A stretch of 64,000 nucleotides of DNA from an uncultured Actinomycetes bacterium (GTDB lineage Bacteria > Actinomycetota > UBA4738 > HRBIN12). Under the pieces are notes generated by a model that saw only the letters and a list, made by a program, of their open reading frames with translations, did not search any database and was not told the DNA's origin. Where the stretch lies: the NCBI GenBank assembly GCA_963723855.1, contig CAVRSI010000013.1, positions 166,196 to 230,195 of the forward strand, read 5' to 3'. The translations under genes and the position numbers were made by a program. Shown piece after piece: positions 18,514-27,973 of the stretch (the first letter of the stretch is position 1; each line of letters starts with the position of its first letter).

Positions 18514-19295
18514 GCCGGCCCATCGTGTTCCTGACCGACTACGGCATGGCCGACGAGTTCGTCGGCGTGTGCCACGGTGTGATGCTCCGGATCGCTCCCG
18601 ACGTGCAGGTGATCGACCTCACCCATTCGATCCCTCGCCAGGACGTGATGCACGGCGCGCTCACGCTGGGGCGCGCGACGTCGTACCTGCCCGAAGACGC
18701 CGTCTACGTGGCGGTCGTCGATCCCGGGGTCGGGTCCGGACGGGGATCGATCGCCGTTCGAGCCGCGTCGGGAGCGTGCCTGGTCGGGCCCGACAACGGG
18801 CTGCTCTCCCTCGCGTGGGAGGCGCTCGGCGGGGCGGCGGACGCGGTCGAGATCACGTCCGACGACGTCGTGCTCCAGCCGGTCTCGCGGACGTTCCACG
18901 GGCGGGACGTGTTCGCCCCGGCGGCCGCGCACCTCGCGGTGGGGATGCCGCTCGCCGCGCTCGGTTCCGCGGTCGACGTGGACCGGCTCCACGTGCTGGA
19001 GCTGCCCGGACCCATGGTGGCGGTGGGAGCCATCGGCGCCCGGGTGACGGGCGTCGACGGGTTCGGCAACGTGCAGTTGAACGTCGGGCCGGACGACCTC
19101 GAGGCCGCCGGTATCGGGCCGGTGCTGACGGTCCGCGGCCGGTCCGTTCCTCGCGTGGGGGTCTTCGTCGACGTTCCCCGGGGAGCGATGGGGGCCATCA
19201 TCGACTCGCAGCAACAGCTGGCGCTGGTCGTCAATCAGGGGAGCGCCGCCGACACGCTCGGCCTGGCGGTCGGCAAGACCGTCGTCCTCGAATAG
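18510..19295 (+). CDS. SAM hydrolase / SAM-dependent halogenase family protein (DUF62)
   Basis: ATG at 18510 overlaps the upstream stop (ATGA). Contains IVFLTDYG..DEFVGVCHGVM, VVDPGVGS, VGPDNGLL and FHGRDVFAPAAAHLA. Confidence 0.85.
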   Translation: MSRPIVFLTDYGMADEFVGVCHGVMLRIAPDVQVIDLTHSIPRQDVMHGALTLGRATSYLPEDAVYVAVVDPGVGSGRGSIAVRAASGACLVGPDNGLLSLAWEALGGAADAVEITSDDVVLQPVSRTFHGRDVFAPAAAHLAVGMPLAALGSAVDVDRLHVLELPGPMVAVGAIGARVTGVDGFGNVQLNVGPDDLEAAGIGPVLTVRGRSVPRVGVFVDVPRGAMGAIIDSQQQLALVVNQGSAADTLGLAVGKTVVLE

Positions 19296-19311
19296 GCGTC
19301 CGGGGGTTGGG

Positions 19312-19470
19312 TCAGGGCGACGCGCTGATCGACAGGCTCGGGAGCTGTCCCGGACTGGTCGGGCCCTCGAGCGGCGTGCCGTCGCCCGACGCGATCACGA
19401 ACTGCGCGATCCCGGCTCCGATCAAGAGCGCGAAGAGGACGATCAAGATGATGAACGTGGGGCGCCGCAT
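19312..19470 (-). CDS. Hypothetical 52-aa single-TM protein
   Basis: Not in the ORF track. Reads MRRPTFIILIVLFALLIGAGIAQFVIASGDGTPLEGPTSPGQLPSLSISASP and lies just downstream of the isomerase gene. Confidence 0.4.
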   Translation of the reverse strand: MRRPTFIILIVLFALLIGAGIAQFVIASGDGTPLEGPTSPGQLPSLSISASP

Positions 19471-19488
19471 GGCCGGCGGGAACGCGGG

Positions 19489-20310
19489 CTAGCCGGCCTC
19501 GAGCCGGGTGACCGGCTCTCCGAGCCGACGCTCCACGCCTTCGCGCATCGAGATCATGATCGCCTGGAGCCGGTCGGCGTCCGTCAGGTAGCGCCGGAGA
19601 TCGACCTCGAGCGAGATCGCCCCCGCGTAGTCGCTCGACGCCAGGTCGTCCAGGAACGCGTCCAGCGGGAGCACACCTTCGCCGGGTGGAAGGTGCGAGT
19701 CCCAGCCCTTGCCGGCGTTGTCCGACAGGTGCACGTGGCGGATCCGGCGGTCGAACCGCCGCCGGACCTCCACCAGGTCGTGCTCGGCGACCGCGGCGTG
19801 GCTCGTGTCCAGAACGATGTCGGGCAGGCCGTCGAGCTCCTCCAGGTCCTGGTTGGCGTGGAACGTCATCTCGCGGCCCCCGACGCGCACGGGGAACATG
19901 TTCTCGACCGCGACCGTCACGCCGGTCGACGCCATGAGATCGGGGAGCCGATCCTCCAGCCAGCGGCGGAACGATCGCTGCCACCGGTACGGCGGGTGGA
20001 CCACGACGATCGGGATCTCGGCGTCTGCGGCGACCTCGATGGTCCGTTCGACCTTGGCGATCGGGTCCGTCCCCCACACCCTGCGCGTAAGGAGCAGGCA
20101 CGGTGCATGGATCGCGCCGATCGTGAGGCCGTGCCCGGCGGCGAGGGCACGCATCTGCACGGGATCCTGGCTCGCGGGGTCCTTCGTGACCATGACTTCA
20201 GCGCCCTCGTACCCGGTGTCGGCCAGCAGATCGAACGTCTGCGTGAGCGGCCGGGCGAAGAAGGCAGCCGACGAGAACAGGATGATCCTTGGGGAAGGCA
20301 TCACCTCCAT
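19489..20310 (-). CDS. Sugar-phosphate isomerase/epimerase (xylose-isomerase-like TIM barrel)
   Basis: 273 aa. Contains GYEGAEV ... IHAP ... VAVENM ... HVHLSDN ... ISLEV. Confidence 0.8.
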   Translation of the reverse strand: MEVMPSPRIILFSSAAFFARPLTQTFDLLADTGYEGAEVMVTKDPASQDPVQMRALAAGHGLTIGAIHAPCLLLTRRVWGTDPIAKVERTIEVAADAEIPIVVVHPPYRWQRSFRRWLEDRLPDLMASTGVTVAVENMFPVRVGGREMTFHANQDLEELDGLPDIVLDTSHAAVAEHDLVEVRRRFDRRIRHVHLSDNAGKGWDSHLPPGEGVLPLDAFLDDLASSDYAGAISLEVDLRRYLTDADRLQAIMISMREGVERRLGEPVTRLEAG

Positions 20311-20360
20311 TGTAGGTGCGAGCCGGGCGCGGAGCTAGAGCGGCCGATATCCTGCCCGCC

Positions 20361-21068
20361 ATGTGGGTGTTCCCTCTGGTGGCGGCTGCGGTCGCGTTCG
20401 TGTTCGCCGTGCTCCTGGCGAAGCAGTACGTCGAGCGACGCCGGTCCTACCAGCTGCTCTGGGCGATCGCGCTCCTCATGTATGCGGCGGCGTCCGTCGC
20501 CGTCGCGATCGGCGCCTTGAACGGCTGGAGCCGGCTCGCGTTCGAGGTGTACTGGCTGTTCGGTGCCGTTCTGAACGTGCCCTTCCTGGCGGCGGGTGAG
20601 CTCCAGCTGCTCGTCCGCGATCGGACCTTCGCCCTGGTGCTCGACGTCGTGCTGGTGTTCCTGGTCGCGTACGCCATCTCGGTGGTGCGCGGGGCCACCT
20701 ACGATGCGCACGCGCTCGCCCAACAGCTGCCGTCGGGCAAGCACGTGTTCGGCGACGGCACACCCGCTCATCGCCTCCCGCAGCTCATCTCCATCCCGTC
20801 CTACCTGGTGCTCGTCGGCGGCACGCTCTGGTCGGCGTGGCGGATGCGCGGTCGCCCGGAGCTGAAAGACCGGTTCGTCGGCACGCTGCTCATCGCGATC
20901 GGCGCGACGATCATCGCCGGCTTCGGCTCGACGTTCGCAGCGCTGGGCAAGCTCCCGCTGTTCTCCGTGTCGCTCCTCGCGGGCATCGTCGTGATGTTCT
21001 GGGGCTTCCTGCGAGCTTCGAAGCCCACGGCCGTGCCATCGGCCGCGCCGGCGCCCGGCGCCAACTGA
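20361..21068 (+). CDS. Polytopic membrane protein, function unknown
   Basis: Inner ATG at 20361 (MWVFPLVAAAVAFVF...). About 7 hydrophobic segments. Confidence 0.6.
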   Translation: MWVFPLVAAAVAFVFAVLLAKQYVERRRSYQLLWAIALLMYAAASVAVAIGALNGWSRLAFEVYWLFGAVLNVPFLAAGELQLLVRDRTFALVLDVVLVFLVAYAISVVRGATYDAHALAQQLPSGKHVFGDGTPAHRLPQLISIPSYLVLVGGTLWSAWRMRGRPELKDRFVGTLLIAIGATIIAGFGSTFAALGKLPLFSVSLLAGIVVMFWGFLRASKPTAVPSAAPAPGAN

Positions 21069-21286
21069 TCGAGCGCGTTCGTTCATCGGCTCGTCCCTTA
21101 TCGCAATGCGCTGCATCTCCATCCTCGATTGATCCGGCCGCCCCGTAGGCGCGAAGCACGCGCGTACCGCCCCGCTCGAGGAAGGGGGGATGCGGCAGAT
21201 CCTTCGGCGGGCAGGCCGTCGAAGAGGCGCGGGCGGACCACGACATCCGTACGCACGTGCAACCGTGCGATCGAAAGGAGTCACCC

Positions 21287-22686
21287 TTGTCAGTGCAACG
21301 CATCCGCAACAAGGTGCTTGCGGCGGCGACGGCGCTGGTGGTCGGAGGGGGCCTGTTCGTCGGCCTCGCCCCGCTCGCCAGCCGCGCGTCGAGCCACCGC
21401 GAGGCGCCGCTCACGGCTGCGGACCCGCAGATCGACAACACGGACGTCTACGCGTTCGTGAGCCCCGATCGCCCCGACACCGTGACGCTCGTCAGCTCCT
21501 GGATCCCGTTCGAGGAGCCGGCCGGCGGCCCGAACTTCTACCTGTGGGCCGAGCACACGAACTACGACATCAACATCAGCAACGACGGCGGAACGAACGC
21601 CGACATCACGTACCGCTGGCAGTTCACGACGCACTACCGCAACCCGAACACGTTCCTGTACAACACGGGTCCGGTCACGTCGCTGAACGACCCCGATCTG
21701 AACATCTACCAGACGTACGACCTCTGGAAGATCTCGAACGGGCACAAGACCCGCCTCCTGCACGACGCGAAGGTGGCGCCGAGCAACGTCGGCGCCGCCT
21801 CCATGCCGAGCTACAACGGCGACCTGTTCGACGCCGCAACCACGCGGTTCGGCGGATCGAACGCGTCGTACAGCTGGGTCGGCCAGTCCGACGACCCGTT
21901 CTTCCTCGACCTGCGGGTGTTCGACCTCCTGTACGGGGCGAACCTCTCCGAGGCCGGTCACGACACCCTGTCCGGGTTCAACGTGAACACGTTCGCGTTG
22001 CAGGTCCCGACGAAGGACGTGACCAAGGGCAGCGAGTCGACGATCGGCATCTGGAGCACGGCATCGCGTCCGAGCATGCGCGTCGAGCAACGGTGACGGC
22101 AGCCAGTCGTTCAGGGGCAAGAACGTCCAGGTCTCGCGCCTGGGCAACCCGCTCGTGAACGAGGTCGTCGTCCCGGTGGGCTTGAAGGACTACTTCAACT
22201 CCTCCAAGCCCAAGCGCCGACGGCGCGGCCCTGCCGCTGGTCCAGGACCCCGAGCTCCCGCACCTGCTCAACGCGGTGTACGGGCACCGAGGTCCCGGAC
22301 TCGGACCCGACAGCACGCCGGGCATCCAGCGGGCGGACCTGATCCAGGTCTTCCTGACGGGCGTCCCGACGCTGAACCAGCCGGCGCACGTCAAGGCCGA
22401 GCGAGATGCTGCGGCTGAACACGGCCATCGCGCCGTGCTCGACCGCCTGCTCGACGCCTGGGCGTCATCGGTGGCGACACCGCGGGGTTCCCGAACGGCC
22501 GTCGTCTGTCCGACGACGTCATCGACATCTCGCTGCGGGCGGTGCTCGGCGTGCTCCTGCCGGACCACCAAGCCGCTGGCGGACACGATCGGTGACGGCG
22601 TCGACGCGAACGACGTTCCGTTCCTGAGCGCGTTCCCGTACGTGGCCTACCCGGCCTCGGGGTCGGACCCGACGCCGCACAGCTGA
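21287..22686 (+). pseudogene. DUF4331 domain protein (secreted), five +1 frame breaks in the 3' third
   Basis: AAGGAG at 21275-21280, then TTG at 21287. A signal peptide is followed by the DUF4331 hallmark SSHREAPLTAADPQIDNTDVYAF. Reading frame rotates 2->0->1->2->0->1 near 22088, 22213, 22398, 22452 and 22572. The repaired text includes LGNPLVNEVVVP, EMLRLNTAIAP, LGVIGGDTAGFPNGRRLSDDVIDISLR and GDGVDANDVPFLSAFPYVA. Length 1400 = 3n+5. Confidence 0.8.
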
Positions 22687-22767
22687 TCGAACGGATACGC
22701 GGACACGGGGTCCGGCCCTTCGGGCCGGACCCCGCTCCCACGACGACGCAGCGAGGAGCGACCAGAG

Positions 22768-24111
22768 ATGAAGCGAGTGGCTCGGATCGGCGGGCGGCGG
22801 TGCTCGCGGCCGCGCTGTTCGTCGCCGGCGGGATCGGCCTCTTCCGTTCGGGCGCGCGATGGTGCGCACGCACAGCGCGGCGTCCATCGCACCTCGGCGG
22901 ACACCTTGCTCGCGCCCGCGATCAGCGGGTCGCTCGAGCAGATCATCGAGAACCTCCAGTCCCGGCTCCGGGTGCTGCCCGACGGACTGGCAGGCGTTCG
23001 CATCCCTCGGCCTCGCCTACGTCCAGCAGGCGCGCGTCACGGCCGACCCCAGCTACTACCCGAAGGCCCAGGGCGTGCTGCGAGCGCTCGCTCGGGCTGG
23101 AGCGGAACGACAACTTCGCGGCCATGGTGGGCATGGCCGCGCTCGCCGCGGCCCGGCACGACTTCGCCGGCGCGCTGCGGTGGGGCGAGCAGGCCAAGGC
23201 GATCAACCCGTACAACGGCAACGTCTACGGCGTGATCGGCGACGCGCAGGTCGAGCTCGGCCGGTACCAGCGACGCGTTCGCGACGTTCCAGACGATGGT
23301 GGACACGCTGCCGGGCGTCGCTTCGTACGCCCGCGTCTCGTACGCCCGCGAGCTGATGGGCGACGTGCCCGGCGCGATCAAGGCGATGGAGGCGGCGCGC
23401 GACATCGCCGGGACGCCGGCGGACTCCGCGTGGGCGGGCTACCAGCTGGGCGAGCTGTACTTCAACCAGGGGAACCTCGACGACGCCGCAGGCTTGCCTA
23501 CGCTCGCGGCGTCGCGACCGACGCGGACTACGTCCCGCCGTTCGCCGGCCTCGCCAAGGTGGCGTGGGCGCGCGGGCACCTCCGGAAGGCGATCGCCGGC
23601 TACACCGATGTCGTCTCGCGGTACCCGTCGCCCGAGTACGTGATCGCGCTCGGCGACCTGTACACGGCGGCCGGCAGACCGAGCGAGGCCGCGCAGCAGT
23701 ACGCGCTGGTCCACGCCGAGGAGCAGCTCTTCCGGGCGAACGGCGTGAACATCGACCTGGAGCTGGCGCTGTTCGACGCGGCGCACGGCGATCCTGCGGG
23801 CGCGCTTGACGGCCGCTCGCGACGAGTGGGCCAAGCGACACAGCGTGCACGTGGCGGACGCGTACGCCTGGGCGCTCTACGCCGACGGGAGATACGGCCG
23901 AGGCGGCCGTCTACGCCCGGAAGGCCATGGCGCTCGGCTACCGCAACGCCCTGTTCGCGTTCCACGCCGGGATGATCCAGGCGCGAGCTGGGGAACCGCG
24001 ACGCAGGCGCGACGCCTGCTGGCGGAGGCGCTCGACATCAACCCGCACTTCTCGATCCAGTACGCGCCCGTCGCGCATGCGACGCTCGCGAAGCTTGGAG
24101 GCGCGGCATGA
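22768..24111 (+). pseudogene. Tetratricopeptide-repeat protein with N-terminal membrane anchor; about 10 frame breaks
   Basis: Fragments in all three frames join into MKRVARIGG/AAVLAAALFVAGGIGLF ... DWQAFASLGLAYVQQARVTADPSYYPKAQGVL ... NDNFAAMVGMAALAAARHDFAGALRWGEQAKAINPYNGNVYGVIGDAQVELGRY ... AGNRDAARRLLAEALDINPHFS. Breaks lie near 22795, 22855, 22983, 23080, 23270, 23490, 23805, 23895, 23990 and 24005. Confidence 0.75.
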
Positions 24112-25582
24112 GGCGGACCGTCCGCCGGTGCCTGGCGCTCGTGACGTTGCTCTCGGTCGCGGTCCTGTGGCCGGCGGCGGCTGCGTCGGCGCACCCGCTT
24201 GGGCAACTTCACCGTCAACCTCTACAGCGGCATCCACGTGGTGCCCGGTGAGATCCGGATCGACTACGTGATCGACATGGCGGAGATCCCGACGTTCCAG
24301 GAGATGCCCTCGATCGACACCGACGGCGATGGGCACGATGTCGGCGGCCGAGCTCGCGTCCTGGGCGGCGGGAGAGCGCCCGGCGCTCGGCCGACGAACC
24401 TCGTCGCTCTCGGTGGACGGGCGGCAGGTCGTCGCTCGAGGTGCGCTCGGCCGCCGCGCGCCTGCGCGACGGGCAAGGAGGACTGCCGATCCTGCGGTTC
24501 GAGGGGATGTTCGCGGCCCCCGTCGCGCGCGACGGGACGCATCGCGTACAGCGACGACAACGACGCCGACACGATCGGGCTGGCGCGAGATCACGGCGGT
24601 CGGCGAGGACGGGCGAGGCGATCGAGGGGCTCCGACGTGCCGGCCGAGAGCGTGAGCGACGCGCTGCTCTCCTACCCGCAGGATCTGCTGTCGAGCCCGT
24701 TGCACGTCACGTCGATGCGGGCGTCCTTCGCCCCGGGCGACGTCCGTCGGCTCGATCGATCCGAGCCGTCGGAGCGCGGTCGACGCGGCCCGGCCGGGCG
24801 TCGACACCGGCCCGTTCGCCGTCGCTCGTCGACAACCACGGGATCGTGCTGGTCCTGCTGGGGTTCGCGCTCGCCGTGGCGTTCGGCGCCTGGCACGCGC
24901 TTGCTCCCGGGACACGGGAAGACGCTGATGGCGGCGTACATGGTCGGCTCCGAGACGAAGGTGCGCCAGGCCGTGGCCGTCGGCTCGGCGGTCGCCGTGA
25001 TGCACACGGCATCCGTCCTGGGCCTCGGGCTGCTCGTGATCACGCTGGAGCAGACGTTCCGTCCCGAGGCGCTGTACCCGTGGCTCGGGCTGCTGTCCGG
25101 GGTCGTCGCCATCGGTCTGGGCGCCTACCTGATGATCGGCCGGCTCGCCGCGTGGTCGGACGCCGCAGGCGCGCCGAAGCACACGAACGCGACGCACGAC
25201 ATCGGGACGCAGCACGACCATGCCCACGACCATGCCGGCCACACGCCACGGCCTGCCCGAGGGCGTGTCGCTCACCTCGAAGCGCGGGACTGCTCGCGCT
25301 GGCGCTCGCCGGAGGCATCCTGCCGTCGCCGAGCGCGTTGATCGTGATGCTCGGCGCGATCCAAGGCGCACCGCGTCGGCTACGGGATCGGGCTGATCCT
25401 GGCGTTCAGCGTCGGCCTCGGCCCTGGCGCTGATCGTGGTGAGCCTGGGCGCGCTCCGCGCGCGCGAGGCCATGGCGAACCGCCTCTCGTCGTTCTGGGG
25501 GCGGCTGGTGCCCGTGCTCTCGGCCTCGGCGATCGTGGGGGTCGGGATGTTCCTCGCGGTCCGGGGCGCGATCCAGATCTAG
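24108..25582 (+). pseudogene. NicO/RcnA-type nickel/cobalt transporter with N-terminal extracytoplasmic domain; roughly 14 +1 frame breaks
   Basis: ATG at 24108 overlaps the TPR stop (ATGA). Has a signal peptide (AAASAHPLGNFTVNLYSG). Contains the transporter signature GAWHALAPGHGKTLMAAYMVGS, a His-rich loop HDHAHDHAGHTH and C-terminal LLALALAGGILPSPSALIVMLGA. The frame rotates by +1 repeatedly. Length 1475 = 3n+2, consistent with 14 insertions. Confidence 0.7.
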
Positions 25583-25608
25583 GAGCCGGCTCGCGCGGGA
25601 CCGGTTCG

Positions 25609-26324
25609 TCAGCTGGCCGTCTGCCAGACGGCGACCCGCGGCGTCTCCGGCGTGGACCCTGCCGGCTCGACCGAGATGAGGACCCGGTCGTACAGGCTCG
25701 GATCGAACTCCAAGGGCACGACCGTCAGTCCGGGGTCGGGCGTGAAGTCGGTGGCCCACGTCGCCTGGGAGCCCGAGAGCAGCCACACGCGGTAGACGGA
25801 TCCATCCGGGCGGAGCCGGCACGTCGCTGCCCACCAGGTAGAAGTGTTCGACGCCCGGCTGAGAGATCTCGGTGATGGGCTCGGTGTCCGAGTCCGTGCT
25901 GTTCACCTGCACCATGGATGCTCCGGGCTGCCGGGCGAAGTCGAGGGCGGAGCGGACGTCGTTGATCTGCGACCGCGTGTCGTTCATGCGCATGTTCTGC
26001 GTCACGGCGAGCCCCGCGAAGCCCACCACGGCCACCACGCTGGCGGCGACCGCGAAGGCCGCCACCGGACGCCTGCGCCGATCCTGCGCGCCGAGGTCCC
26101 GGTGCAGTCGCGGGAGCAAGGTGTCGGGCGGTCCGACGGGGCCGCGCCTCCAGCGCCAGGTCCGCCGTCACCGCCTGGAACACCGCGAGCGAATCACGGC
26201 ACGCGGGGCACTGCGGAACATGATCGGAGAGCAGATGATCGGCCCGGGCGGCGTCCTCCCCGGAGAGGCTCCGCAGCACGTAGCCCGCCAGCAGCTCCTC
26301 GATCGCCTCGTGACTCTCCGTCAA
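25609..26324 (-). CDS. Anti-sigma factor (zinc-finger N-terminus, RskA-like extracytoplasmic C-terminus); two +1 frame breaks
   Basis: TTG start at 26324. HVPQCPACRDSL is the anti-sigma zinc motif. Contains a TM segment (VAAFAVAASVVAVVGFAGLAV). Breaks near 26130 and 25818-25822. The repaired C-terminus is PAPPDGSVYRVWLLSGSQATWATDF...VAVWQTAS. Length 716 = 3n+2. Confidence 0.7.
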
Positions 26325-26325
26325 C

Positions 26326-26901
26326 CTAATCCTCCCGGTAGAGCCCTCGACGGAGCTTCCGCATCGCCGCCAGGGTCCTCGTCTTCACGGTCCCGATGGG
26401 GATGCCGAGCTCCTCGGCGATCTGGGCCTGGGTATACGCCTGGAAGTACGCCATCTCGAGCACCTGTCGTTGTGGGTCCGGGAGCGTCGCGAGGGCTTGG
26501 CGGACCTCCCGTCGGCGGATCCCGAGGAACGCTTCGTCCACGACATCCTCCCCAGGGTCTTCGACGGTCAGCGGCTCGAGGTTCGCCGCGCGCTCGGTTC
26601 GTTTGCGGAGCCGTTCCTCGCGACGGACCGTATCGACCGCTCGATGGTGCACCAGGGACAGGAAGAACGTCCGGAACGCGCCCCGCGCCGGGTCGAACGC
26701 TTCGGGGGCTCGCCAGAGCGCCATGAACGCGTCGTGGACGACGTCCTGCGCGAGCATCTGCTGCCCCGTGAGCCGGTATGCAAGCCCGTACGCCGTCGGG
26801 GCGTACCTGCGATAGAGCTCGTCGAACGCGCCGCGGTCGCCGGACGCGAGCCTCCGGTGCAGCTCCAGGTCGTCGACGTCGCCGTTCCTCATACCGCTCA
26901 A
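26326..26901 (-). CDS. ECF-type RNA polymerase sigma factor
   Basis: 191 aa (TTG at 26901; alternative ATG at 26892). Region 2 DVVHDAFMALW and region 4 YTQAQIAEELGIPIGTVKTRTLAAMRKLR. Confidence 0.88.
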   Translation of the reverse strand: MSGMRNGDVDDLELHRRLASGDRGAFDELYRRYAPTAYGLAYRLTGQQMLAQDVVHDAFMALWRAPEAFDPARGAFRTFFLSLVHHRAVDTVRREERLRKRTERAANLEPLTVEDPGEDVVDEAFLGIRRREVRQALATLPDPQRQVLEMAYFQAYTQAQIAEELGIPIGTVKTRTLAAMRKLRRGLYRED

Positions 26902-26965
26902 GTTGTATCACCCGCCCTCGGCCACATCGGCGAGGAACGGTGCCACTCGCGGGTAGCATCGCCGG

Positions 26966-27202
26966 ATGCGCATCGTCCTGTATTCGAGAGCCGGCTGTCA
27001 TCTGTGCGAACTGGCCAGGGACGCGCTGCTGGCGGAGCGAGCCACGAGCCCGTTCGACCTGGTCGAGGTCGACATCGCCGGCGACGACGACCTCGAGCGC
27101 GAGTACGGGATCCGGATCCCCGTGGTGGAGATCGACGGGGAGGAGCGGTTCGAGTACGAGGTCGACGTGACCGAGCTGGCCTCCATCGTGCGGGACGCCT
27201 GA
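26966..27202 (+). CDS. Glutaredoxin-like protein
   Basis: 78 aa. MRIVLYSRAGCHLCELA has the CxxC motif, followed by YGIRIPVV. Confidence 0.8.
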   Translation: MRIVLYSRAGCHLCELARDALLAERATSPFDLVEVDIAGDDDLEREYGIRIPVVEIDGEERFEYEVDVTELASIVRDA

Positions 27203-27289
27203 CCCGCCCGCGGTCGGAGCGCTTGTGAACTTGAGAACGCGGAGCCCGGTGGGCTACCCTGCGCCCATGGCGGCCCGTCCGGTGCGCGC

Positions 27290-27973
27290 ATGACGAAGGG
27301 CCGGCCCATCCCCGAGGCGACCGTGGGACGCCTGCCCATCTACCTCCAGGCGCTCGTCGACATCGCGGAGTCTGGGGAATCCAGGGTGTCGTCGGAGGAG
27401 CTGGCCGAGGCGGCGGGCGTGAACTCGGCGAAGGTGCGGAAGGACCTGTCCCACCTCGGCTCGTACGGGACGCGTGGCGTCGGCTACGACGTCGCCTACC
27501 TGATCCACCAGATCCGCCGCGAGCTCGGCCTGACGCAGGATTGGCCCATCGTGATAGCGGGCATCGGGAACCTGGGGCATGCGCTCGCGAACTACCGCGG
27601 GTTCCCGGAGCGCGGATTCAGCGTCGCCGCGCTGGTCGACGTCGATCCGTCGAAGGTGGGTCAGCGCGTCGGGCCGGTGGCCGTGCACCATGTGGACGAC
27701 CTGCCGGACCTGGTGCGATCGCTGGACATCGCGATCGGCGTGATCGCCACGCCCGCGGCGGTCGTCCAGGAGGTCGCGGACCTGATGGTCGAGGCCGGGA
27801 TCCGCTCGATCCTCAATTTCGCGCCGGCCGTGATCGTCGTCCCGAAGGGGGTGTCGGTCCGCAAGGTGGACCTGGCCGTGGAGCTGCAGATCCTGGCGTT
27901 CTACGAGCAGCGGAAGGCCACGCTCGCGGACGTGCGCCGCCGCGGACGTGCCGTGGCGGACGTCGAACGCTGA
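27290..27973 (+). CDS. rex: Redox-sensing transcriptional repressor Rex
   Basis: 227 aa. ATVGRLPIYLQAL, SSEELAEAAGVNSAKVRKDLSHLGSYGTRGVGYDV, and Rossmann IAGIGNLGHALANY. Confidence 0.93.
   Translation: MTKGRPIPEATVGRLPIYLQALVDIAESGESRVSSEELAEAAGVNSAKVRKDLSHLGSYGTRGVGYDVAYLIHQIRRELGLTQDWPIVIAGIGNLGHALANYRGFPERGFSVAALVDVDPSKVGQRVGPVAVHHVDDLPDLVRSLDIAIGVIATPAAVVQEVADLMVEAGIRSILNFAPAVIVVPKGVSVRKVDLAVELQILAFYEQRKATLADVRRRGRAVADVER

Noticed and set aside
21069-21256. 188-nt leader upstream of the DUF4331 operon as a possible metal riboswitch
   Set aside because: I could not recognise any known riboswitch consensus or a convincing conserved stem architecture by eye. It would need a covariance-model search.
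22276-22320. A pair of compensating frameshifts in DUF4331 that would give AVYG-TEVPDSDP-DSTPGIQ instead of AVYGHRGPGLGPDSTPGIQ
   Set aside because: It would require a +1 followed by a -1 (or +2) within 30 nt, whereas the continuous frame is open and acceptable. It cannot be decided without an alignment, so the simpler model is kept.
27223-27240. Possible autoregulatory Rex site upstream of rex (TTGTGAACTTGAGAACGC)
   Set aside because: Only the left half-site matches. The right half matches TTCACAA at 2 of 7 positions, which is too weak to call.
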